From Christensenella sp. UBA5489 (lineage in GTDB: Bacteria; Bacillota; Clostridia; Christensenellales; UBA1242), in contig DIPL01000020.1 of the NCBI GenBank assembly GCA_002424095.1, positions 10,189-65,807 of the forward strand: a stretch of 55,619 nucleotides of DNA, read 5' to 3'. Under the pieces are notes generated by a model. It was given only the letters and a program-made list of their open reading frames with translations. It was not told where the DNA came from and did no database searches. Shown one piece after another: positions 17,212-24,242 of the stretch. The position numbers and the translations under genes are program-made. Each line of letters begins with the position of its first letter. Within the stretch, counting starts at the first letter, position 1.

Positions 17212-19509
17212 TTAAGATAAATTAGACGGGTCGATTTCAACAAAAACACTTGCCTTTGAATTTTTAAACAAATTTACTGCTTCATAAATGTCTTTTATTA
17301 TATCGTGTTCACGTATTTTTGTCAAGCGCATCAAAATTTGATAGCGGTATTTATTCTTTATTCTCATATGCGGACTTTTCATTGGTTCACAATAGTAAAA
17401 ATCTCCGAAAAATTTTTCTGTTATAGGCTTAATCTTTTTAAATAAATTTTGCGTAACTTGCCTTACCAACTCTTCTTTTTCGTGTGTAATTAAAATGCGA
17501 ACTATTGTTGAAAACGGCGGAAAGTTCGAAACTTGCCGTATATTTATTTCTTTATCATAAAATCCTTTATAATTATAATTCGCTGCAAATTTATATACAT
17601 AATGTGCAGGGCTGAAAGTTTGTAAAACAATTTCTCCGCCACCATCTCTCCTGCCTGCCCTGCCGCTTACCTGCGTTATAAGTTGAAAAGTCTTTTCTGT
17701 ACCCTGATAGTCGGTTTGATAAAGTCCAATATCGGCATCAATAATTCCAACCAGCGAAACGGCATCAAAATCGTGCCCTTTGGCAATCATTTGCGTTCCA
17801 ACTAAAACAGCAGGCCTATGCTTTGAAAAGTCGGTTAAAATCTTCTGATGTGCGTTTTTATTTCTTGTCGTGTCGTTATCCATTCGAAAAACTTTAACAT
17901 CAGGAAAAAGTCGCTTGAATTCATCAACAATTTTTTGCGTGCCAACTGCACCTTGCCTTATATGACCGCTTTTACATTCTGGGCATACTGTAAGTGCTTT
18001 ATAACGCTTGCCGCAATAGTGACATTTCAATTTATCTTCCGCCTTGTGATATACAAGTGATATATCACAATCAGTGCATTTAGCAACATATCCGCATCCA
18101 CGGCATCTCATAAAAGATGTAAAGCCTCTGCGGTTTAAAAACAAAAGTGCTTGCTGTTTCTTTTTTATACATTCGTTCAAATCATTTACAAGTTGCACGG
18201 AAAAAAAACTTCCATTACCTGCACGAAGTTCGCTCATCATATCGACAATTTGAATTTCTGGCATTTCTTTTTTATTCGTTCTTACAGGCATTTCCAAAAG
18301 AGTAATTTTGCCCTGAGTGGCGGAATAATATGATTTAAGACTCGGTGTTGCACTGCCAAGAACAAGTGGACAATTATTAAACCGCATACGAAAACAAGCA
18401 ATTTCGTGCGTTTTATAACGCGGATTGCTTTCACTGTTATAAGAAGTTTCGTGCTCTTCATCAATTACAATTATGCCAATATTTTTAAGCGGAGCAAAAA
18501 TTGCAGAACGTGCGCCGATAACGACAGATGCTTCTCCAAACAAAATCCTACGCCATTCATCAAACCGCTCGCCAGAAGAAAGTCCGCTGTGAAGAACCGC
18601 AACGTTTGCTCCAAGCCGAGATTTGAAAGTGCCAAGCATTTGCGGTGTTAGTGAAATTTCAGGAACGAGCATAATTGCTGTTTTGCCGAGTTTTAAAACT
18701 TTTTCAATCAAACTTAAATAAACTTCGGTTTTGCCACTACCCGTAACACCGTGCAATAAAAAAGTCTTATTTTCAGTTTTATCAAAATTATTAGTTATAT
18801 TTTCACAATCTTTTTCAAAACCTTTGATTTCAGAATTATGTAAATTTTTACTTTCAGAATTTTTATTAATATATTTTTCAATTGTTTCAATTGCTCGCCT
18901 TTGTTCAGGAGTATGTTCAATTTCTAATTCAAGTCTTGTCATTTCCAATGGCGTTCGCTGTATTTCAATTTCCTGTATTAAAATCACTTTGTCTTTTTTA
19001 AATTTATTCACCGCACCCGTAGTAAAATTTTGATTTAGCATTGTTTGATTTTCGCACTTATTTTCTTTTAAATATGCAAGAAGTTGGTGCTGTCGAAAAC
19101 TGTTTTTTCTTAAAGTGAGTTCGTATTGCAATAAATCAATTTTTTCATTTAAAGTGCAAAGAGTTTTTTTTAATGGCTTAATTTTATCTGTTCGAAGTTC
19201 GGACGGAATAAAAAGACGCAGTGCATCGACATATTTAATATTATATCTTTTAACCATAAAATGCATAAGAGATAACATTTCAGGTAAAATAAGCGGCGAA
19301 TCATCAATTTGCCCTATGACACTTTTCAACTTATCATCAGAGAGATGAGAAGTTTCTTTAATATCAATAACAAAACCTTCCAGAATTCTTTTTCCGAAAG
19401 GAACAATGACTCGAATGCCCTTTTTCAGCGAAATTTTATCGGGAATTTTATAGTCATAAATTTTATCGATATTGCTGTTTAAAACATCAACAATAATTTC
19501 TGCAATCAT
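17212..19509 (-). CDS. priA: primosomal replication-restart helicase PriA
   Basis: Walker A GVTGSGKTEVY, DEEH box, a four-pair Cys zinc-finger region (CRGCGY..CTDCD..CHYCG..CPECK) and a C-terminal domain. Confidence 0.95.
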   Translation of the reverse strand: MIAEIIVDVLNSNIDKIYDYKIPDKISLKKGIRVIVPFGKRILEGFVIDIKETSHLSDDKLKSVIGQIDDSPLILPEMLSLMHFMVKRYNIKYVDALRLFIPSELRTDKIKPLKKTLCTLNEKIDLLQYELTLRKNSFRQHQLLAYLKENKCENQTMLNQNFTTGAVNKFKKDKVILIQEIEIQRTPLEMTRLELEIEHTPEQRRAIETIEKYINKNSESKNLHNSEIKGFEKDCENITNNFDKTENKTFLLHGVTGSGKTEVYLSLIEKVLKLGKTAIMLVPEISLTPQMLGTFKSRLGANVAVLHSGLSSGERFDEWRRILFGEASVVIGARSAIFAPLKNIGIIVIDEEHETSYNSESNPRYKTHEIACFRMRFNNCPLVLGSATPSLKSYYSATQGKITLLEMPVRTNKKEMPEIQIVDMMSELRAGNGSFFSVQLVNDLNECIKKKQQALLFLNRRGFTSFMRCRGCGYVAKCTDCDISLVYHKAEDKLKCHYCGKRYKALTVCPECKSGHIRQGAVGTQKIVDEFKRLFPDVKVFRMDNDTTRNKNAHQKILTDFSKHRPAVLVGTQMIAKGHDFDAVSLVGIIDADIGLYQTDYQGTEKTFQLITQVSGRAGRRDGGGEIVLQTFSPAHYVYKFAANYNYKGFYDKEINIRQVSNFPPFSTIVRILITHEKEELVRQVTQNLFKKIKPITEKFFGDFYYCEPMKSPHMRIKNKYRYQILMRLTKIREHDIIKDIYEAVNLFKNSKASVFVEIDPSNLS

Positions 19510-19514
19510 TTTCT

Positions 19515-19712
19515 TTAAATTAATTTATTTGGAACAACATCTCCGTTATAAACTTCTTCCGCGGCAATGCTGATTTCTTTTTTCTCGCTCGTTTCAAGTT
19601 CAGCAGGAATTGTCAATGCCAAATGTTTTGCCCTTTTTGCAACAAGGCAACAAAGCAGATAAACGTTGCCATTAACCTTTTTTAATAATTTTTCAATAGG
19701 CGGCTCAATCAT
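19515..19712 (-). CDS. rpoZ: RNA polymerase omega subunit
   Basis: 65 aa. The block PPIEKLLKKVNGNVYLLCCLVAKRAKHL is omega-like. SD AGAGG precedes the start. It lies 5 nt upstream of priA. Confidence 0.85.
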   Translation of the reverse strand: MIEPPIEKLLKKVNGNVYLLCCLVAKRAKHLALTIPAELETSEKKEISIAAEEVYNGDVVPNKLI

Positions 19713-19778
19713 AAAAACCTCTTTTCGTTTATAAATAAGTATAATCCAATATAACTTATTTATATTACTTTATATTTA

Positions 19779-19807
19779 ATTATAAACACAAAAAAACATA
19801 TTGTCAA
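19779..19807 (-). promoter_or_regulatory. consensus sigma-A promoter for rpoZ-priA-def-fmt
   Basis: On the minus strand: TTGACA, exactly 17 nt, TATAAT. It lies about 65 nt upstream of the rpoZ ATG. Confidence 0.55.
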
Positions 19808-19837
19808 GTTTAAAGCAATTTTGAAAATTTAATATTA

Positions 19838-19943
19838 AAAGAAGTCGTATTGCAATAATCAAGTTATTCATTAGAATACAAAAATTTTCAAAGACTTAAA
19901 TTTATCTGTTCGGTAATCAATGTATTTAATATTATATCTCAAC
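19838..19943 (-). pseudogene. decayed fragment copy of priA (codons ~88-130)
   Basis: Three collinear, same-strand matches to priA 19121-19248: tcgtattgcaataa (19845-19858 vs 19121-19134); cttaaNtttatctgttcg, 18 nt with 1 mismatch (19895-19912 vs 19177-19194); tatttaatattatatct (19923-19939 vs 19232-19248). Translation gives RYNIKYID..RTDKFKSL..LLQYD with in-frame stops and a 27-nt deletion. Confidence 0.6.
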
Positions 19944-19950
19944 TATTATA

Positions 19951-20478
19951 TTAAATTAATATATACAAAATTATAAGAAAAAGAATAATCGTTAAAATAA
20001 CCAAAACAATTCTAGAAAACTTTTTTCTTCGTGCTTTCCACCATGCGTCTTTCGGCGTACTTGTGGTTCTATCTTTATCATCTATTAGAACATTCAAAAC
20101 ATTTTTTTTATTTTGTTTTATTTCTTCAACTTTCCTTTGACATTCATAAGCTTTTTCTAGTAATTCCTTAGTCGTTAAATTGTTCGTGACTGAAAGTTTC
20201 GCAAAGTTATATCCACCAACATTTTCAACCGTAAAAACATTTTCTTCATTAAATAAATCATTGTCCTTTATGCTGTTTTTATTAATACCGATTTCCGCTT
20301 TACAATTTCTGCATTTTAGATATTGAATATTACTAAAAATAACATCATTTTCAAATTTCCAACTTATCATTGCCCCGCAAAATGGGCAATACTTTAAATC
20401 GCTTTTGCCCTTCATAAATTTTAAACCATTTTTCTTGGATTTAAAAAATTTTTTGCTTTTCATTATTGCCTTTTTCAT
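19951..20478 (-). CDS. tail-anchored zinc-ribbon protein (hypothetical)
   Basis: 175 aa with a basic N-terminus, the pairs CPFC...CRNC (zinc-ribbon spacing), a helical middle part and a C-terminal TM helix IVLVILTIILFLIILYILI. No clear SD. Confidence 0.5.
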   Translation of the reverse strand: MKKAIMKSKKFFKSKKNGLKFMKGKSDLKYCPFCGAMISWKFENDVIFSNIQYLKCRNCKAEIGINKNSIKDNDLFNEENVFTVENVGGYNFAKLSVTNNLTTKELLEKAYECQRKVEEIKQNKKNVLNVLIDDKDRTTSTPKDAWWKARRKKFSRIVLVILTIILFLIILYILI

Positions 20479-20495
20479 TGCTTAAATTTCATAAT

Positions 20496-20524
20496 ATTAT
20501 ATCAAAGCATTTTAATTTAATCAA
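20496..20524 (-). promoter_or_regulatory. possible extended -10 promoter for zinc-ribbon ORF
   Basis: On the minus strand: TTGATT, 17 nt, TATAAT, with TGA immediately upstream of the -10. The ATG is only 17 nt downstream. Confidence 0.3.
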
Positions 20525-20565
20525 TTATTTTAATAATTATTTTAGATATGATTGTATGATTTTTA

Positions 20566-20597
20566 AAACTAAAAAAAGCATTTTTAATGCTTTTTAG
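20566..20597 (-). terminator. intrinsic terminator ending the actin-like operon
   Basis: Perfect 10-bp stem AAAAAGCATT / AATGCTTTTT (20573-20582 and 20586-20595) followed by a T-run on the minus strand. It lies 17 nt after the stop of the P/Q-rich gene. Confidence 0.65.
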
Positions 20598-20613
20598 AAG
20601 AAAAAAGATAAGT

Positions 20614-21312
20614 CTATTCTTTTTCTTGTAATAATTGTAGTAAATAATCTCTACCAGCCGCCTTATCCCCTTCTGAGCCACTACTTGCACCTGGCAAGAC
20701 ATCATCAAAACTTGGTTTTGGACTCGTCTGAGATGTGGAATTTTTTATATCGGGAGCAGGTTGTGGCGCAGTTGGGGCAGGTTGAGGTTGCTGCGGTTGC
20801 TGCGGCACCTGTGGTTGTGGTGGTTGTTCTTGTGGCGCTTGTGGCGCTGGTGGTGGTGTTATTGGGTCAGTTGGTATAAATTGAGGTTGTGGAGCAGGAG
20901 CATACTGTGGCTGCGGTGCAAATTGCGGTGCTGGTATGAACTGAGGTGTCGGCATACTTGGTGGCATTTGCATCGAGCTATACATTCGATTATAAAAATA
21001 TGGATTATTGAAAGTCGAAGCAGTTGGCATTTTAGGAACATATTGTGCATATTGTTGCAAATTTATTCCATGCTCAAATAGCCTTTGAGAACCTTGCGAA
21101 ACGACAATTTCTTCCAGTTCTAGTAATTTATTAGCAATTATATTTGTAAACATATCATTGCTACGGTCTAAACTTACTACATTTAAAGCACTTTGCAATA
21201 AGTTTACAATTGATAAAATGCTGTTTACTGTTTCTTTATTAGTCCCGTAGGACATTAGCGATCTGTCGGCTTCAATATTTCTTAAAATATCTTCAAATTC
21301 TCTTAATAGCAT
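20614..21312 (-). CDS. P/Q-rich protein: helical N-domain, ~95-aa Pro/Gln linker, short C-terminal helix (hypothetical)
   Basis: 232 aa. Residues ~94-188 are almost only P/Q/A/F/T. The C-terminus is GRDYLLQLLQEKE. SD AAGGAA precedes the start. It is co-directional with and 89 nt downstream of the actin-like gene. Confidence 0.6.
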   Translation of the reverse strand: MLLREFEDILRNIEADRSLMSYGTNKETVNSILSIVNLLQSALNVVSLDRSNDMFTNIIANKLLELEEIVVSQGSQRLFEHGINLQQYAQYVPKMPTASTFNNPYFYNRMYSSMQMPPSMPTPQFIPAPQFAPQPQYAPAPQPQFIPTDPITPPPAPQAPQEQPPQPQVPQQPQQPQPAPTAPQPAPDIKNSTSQTSPKPSFDDVLPGASSGSEGDKAAGRDYLLQLLQEKE

Positions 21313-21401
21313 AAAAGTTCCTTATTGTATAAATTATAATTTATCAGTTAAATTATAAACTAAAAATTCACAATTCAAAGATATAAAAAACGTTAAATGC
21401 A

Positions 21402-22445
21402 TTAGAACTGCCCTAAGAGATAAAATCCTCGAACGTTTGCCATAACTGCATTTTCCTGAATTATTAAACGAGGATCGTTAAATAATTCTTTTAAGTATTT
21501 TTCATATTGAAGAGAGCCGCCACCAGTTAAAATGATGCGATAGAATTTATTAAATTCAAGTCCTAATCCCATAGTTGACTCATGTACTCGTTTTGCTTGA
21601 ATTGCTTTATGTTTTTCAACGAATTTTGACAAGTCATATTTGCCGAACGGAGTTTCAACAACCTCAGATTCAAGTAATGCTAAATCTAATTCGTGCGGAT
21701 TTAATGTATAGATGCTTGCTTCGGGATATTTGTTATTAACATCTTCTTGCAAATCTGAAATATAATCCGAAACACCGATGTCAAACCCGAACGTACCTCT
21801 AACACGAAATGATTCCAAAACAGCCAAATCTAATGAACCCCATCCAATATCAACAACAAGTGCACGTTGTGCCAAATATTTTTGATTTAATTCTTTGGTT
21901 GTAGAGTCATAAACAAAATTATAAAGCGTGCCGAGTGGTTGTGGAACGACAATAACTTCGACAATTTCAAAGGTAATTGTATCAACCTGATCCCACTTAA
22001 CAGATTTTAAAGTATGTTCTCCAATAAGATTTGCCTTTATTGCTTCTTTAATTGCCTCATTTTTAGCCAAAGAGCTAGGAAGACCTGTTACTAGTCTGAT
22101 TTTTTCTTTCGTGTTTGGTTCAAGAATGGACGTTATACCGATAAGTGCTTCAATTTTAAAAGCATTTGAATCGTATCTTCCTTTTGCACGGCTACCACTA
22201 CCCATTGCGGCAATGTCGCCAACCTCGTATACTTCCTTATTATATACATACATTTGATAGTCGGTTTTAAAGGAATATACTAAACCAGCATCATTGATTT
22301 CTTTTATCGTATTACGATATTTTAAATTCTTTTCATTGTCTGTCCAAACTTTAATTGTGGAATTGGCAACGTCAATACCCACTACCTTTGTATAGTTTTT
22401 TCCTTCATACGGCGACTTTTCACTGGTCTTTTTTTCTTTTTTCAC
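21402..22445 (-). CDS. ParM/StbA (Alp) family actin-like ATPase
   Basis: Collinear with plasmid R1 ParM. VVGIDVANSTIKVW matches FIDDGSTNIKLQW. IRLVTGLPSS matches the LPLTEYY region. VVPQPLGTLY matches VMPESIPAGY. ALVVDIGWGSLDLAVL matches LLIIDLGGTTLDISQV. IILTGGGS matches VMVIGGGA. MANVRGFYLLGQ matches LVNGMYLIG. GTG start with GGGAGGG 7 nt upstream. Confidence 0.85.
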   Translation of the reverse strand: MKKEKKTSEKSPYEGKNYTKVVGIDVANSTIKVWTDNEKNLKYRNTIKEINDAGLVYSFKTDYQMYVYNKEVYEVGDIAAMGSGSRAKGRYDSNAFKIEALIGITSILEPNTKEKIRLVTGLPSSLAKNEAIKEAIKANLIGEHTLKSVKWDQVDTITFEIVEVIVVPQPLGTLYNFVYDSTTKELNQKYLAQRALVVDIGWGSLDLAVLESFRVRGTFGFDIGVSDYISDLQEDVNNKYPEASIYTLNPHELDLALLESEVVETPFGKYDLSKFVEKHKAIQAKRVHESTMGLGLEFNKFYRIILTGGGSLQYEKYLKELFNDPRLIIQENAVMANVRGFYLLGQF

Positions 22446-22473
22446 TATTTTTCCCTCCCAAAAATATTAAAGA

Positions 22474-22941
22474 TTATAATTTACTTAAAACATAGCCAAA
22501 ACTATATTGTTTTGTTTTTTGACTATTTATATTTAAGGCAATTCCATATTCATTTGTTTTATTATAAGATTTAAACATAGATATCAATCCGACTTTCTTG
22601 AAGTTAGCAACATCAAAAACAAAAACATCGAGGACTTTGTCATTTTTATAGCATACAACCGCTACGTAACTATTGGGCTTTTCCACGTCAATCAAGTTTT
22701 TAGGAAATTTTACTATATTTGTCGAAGTGTCGTGTCCTATAATAAGAAATTCTCCTATAGTTCTACCTTTACTATCCGAAGTTCTTAGTGTAAAATTACC
22801 TTTTAAACTGTCAAAAATCGAATAATTTGTTTGAGAGCATAAGTATTTAAAATCTTTTTCAGCCTGCTGATTTATCGCACTATCTAAAAATCCGTCATCA
22901 ACAAACCCTTCTTTTAACTTTCTAATATCTTCTAGTTGCAT
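22474..22941 (-). CDS. hypothetical cytoplasmic protein (155 aa, ORFan)
   Basis: SD AAGGAGGG. It starts 12 nt after the previous stop, and the actin-like gene starts 28 nt after its own stop. I recognise no family motif. Confidence 0.55.
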   Translation of the reverse strand: MQLEDIRKLKEGFVDDGFLDSAINQQAEKDFKYLCSQTNYSIFDSLKGNFTLRTSDSKGRTIGEFLIIGHDTSTNIVKFPKNLIDVEKPNSYVAVVCYKNDKVLDVFVFDVANFKKVGLISMFKSYNKTNEYGIALNINSQKTKQYSFGYVLSKL

Positions 22942-22953
22942 ACTCCCTCCTTA

Positions 22954-23460
22954 TTATTTTTTACTATTGCTTGATTTTGTTTTTGCTTTTTTCGTTTCAG
23001 GTTTTTCTTTGTTATTATTCTTATCTCCTATTTGACCTTTGTCGCCTTCATTGCTTGAATATTGCGACATAATTTTTTTAAGGTCAAATTCCCCGTCAGT
23101 GTCTTCTTCCTCAGGTTCTTCATAAGTTTTAGATTTAAAATTACGTGAATTTATTCTTTCATTCTTTGATTGATTTACAGCAGTTGTAAATTTTTTTTCA
23201 AAATCCTCCATTTCTTCCTCCGAAATTTTACTTTTTTCCTGCTTTTGTTTTTCAAAAATTTTAGATGCTAAATTCTGGCTCTTTTCTTTTTCATTTGACT
23301 TTTTTTCATTTTGCTCTTTTATATCTGTAATCTTTTTATTAATTTTGTCTTTAAAAACAAAAAAATATAAAAGCACTGCGGCCGCAATTAAAACAACGAT
23401 TATAATTAAAATCGTAAATAATACTGGATTATTAAGCAAGCTATCCATAAGACACCTCAA
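22954..23460 (-). CDS. bitopic membrane protein with long K/E-rich charged tail (hypothetical)
   Basis: 168 aa with one N-terminal TM helix (VLFTILIIIVVLIAAAVLLYFFVF). Positive residues follow the helix, so the tail is predicted to be cytoplasmic. SD GAGGTG. Confidence 0.55.
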   Translation of the reverse strand: MRCLMDSLLNNPVLFTILIIIVVLIAAAVLLYFFVFKDKINKKITDIKEQNEKKSNEKEKSQNLASKIFEKQKQEKSKISEEEMEDFEKKFTTAVNQSKNERINSRNFKSKTYEEPEEEDTDGEFDLKKIMSQYSSNEGDKGQIGDKNNNKEKPETKKAKTKSSNSKK

Positions 23461-23489
23461 CCAAATATATTTTTTTACTATTCTTGTGA

Positions 23490-23518
23490 ATTATACACTA
23501 ATTTGAAAAGATTGTAAA
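23490..23518 (-). promoter_or_regulatory. sigma-A-like promoter for the 168aa-155aa-actin-PQ unit
   Basis: On the minus strand: TTTACA, 17 nt, TATAAT, about 30 nt upstream of ATG 23460. Confidence 0.45.
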
Positions 23519-23552
23519 GTAAATAAATTAATATTTCATAAAAAATTGTAAA
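23506..23552 (-). repeat. two 13-nt direct repeats TTTACAAT(T/C)TTTT, 34 nt apart, one overlapping the -35 box
   Basis: Read directly: copies at 23506-23518 and 23540-23552 (plus-strand coordinates), matching at 12 of 13 positions. Confidence 0.6.
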
Positions 23553-23588
23553 TCGAGTTTTTATTAATTTCCCTTAAAACAACAATAT

Positions 23589-24221
23589 TTAACCTCTTTC
23601 TGATTCATTTTTACCCACCAACTTTTTTATCTCAGGTTTGCCGTTTTCTATTTTATATGTATATTTAATTTCATCGTCATCACTGAATTCAAAAAATGTT
23701 TCCAGAAATTTTCCGTCATAACTATACATTGTCAATACGTGCATTGTTTTATCTCCGTGAGTATCGTCATAACTTACTATAATTTTTTCATCGTTTACAA
23801 AATGAATCTCATTGAGTTTTGTAAAATTAATTATAATTTCATTTACTTTTTCTTTTTCTGTTAAACTAGCAAAAGATATTTGAGAAACTACACTTTTACT
23901 ACTGCTCTCGCCAATAACTAAAAAAACATTTTCTTTTAATCTCTTTAATTTAATATTAAGTTTTGCCGATATATCTGAAAGTTGCCATGCTTTACATAAT
24001 TTGTCGTTAAATAAAACAATTTTATAATAATTCTCATTAAAACGTTTTATTTTGTTAACAAGCACAGAAATATCGTCATAGGAATATAATGTGGACTTGT
24101 ACGTTGTTTTTTCGGTTATCTCTTTGATATAAGAGCCGCCTTTAAACTTGTGTACATCATCTTCCACAGTTGTCTTTTCCGTCATTTTAATTTCAGTGTC
24201 TTCGACAAAAAAATTTGCCAC
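23589..24221 (-). CDS. hypothetical cytoplasmic protein (210 aa, ORFan)
   Basis: GTG start with AAGGA 6 nt upstream, 21 nt after the stop of the 1631-aa gene. No TM helix or signal peptide and no recognised motif. An alternative ATG lies at 24185. Confidence 0.5.
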   Translation of the reverse strand: MANFFVEDTEIKMTEKTTVEDDVHKFKGGSYIKEITEKTTYKSTLYSYDDISVLVNKIKRFNENYYKIVLFNDKLCKAWQLSDISAKLNIKLKRLKENVFLVIGESSSKSVVSQISFASLTEKEKVNEIIINFTKLNEIHFVNDEKIIVSYDDTHGDKTMHVLTMYSYDGKFLETFFEFSDDDEIKYTYKIENGKPEIKKLVGKNESERG

Positions 24222-24242
24222 ATCTTATCCTTTTATTTTTAG

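Noticed and set aside
20517-20708. 63-aa minus-strand ORF overlapping the 3' end of the P/Q gene and the terminator
   Set aside because: It overlaps a better-supported CDS and a terminator hairpin, has no SD, and its sequence is low-complexity I/K/N-rich.
20685-21081. Long ORFs on the opposite strand or in other frames across the P/Q-rich coding region (20685-20879 +, 20761-21081 +, 20859-21050 -), together with the local GC spike
   Set aside because: They arise from the CCN/CAR codon repetition of the Pro/Gln linker. They lack SD sequences, and their products (W/R/L- or V/A-rich low complexity) are not protein-like. The minus-strand frame with the SD and a helical N-domain is the real gene.
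21330-21358. Direct repeat TAAATTATAA x2 (19-nt period) between the actin-like and P/Q genes, as a possible centromere or internal promoter
   Set aside because: There are only two 10-mers, made of TATAAT-like sequence in about 85% A+T DNA, with no convincing -35 element. This is indistinguishable from chance.
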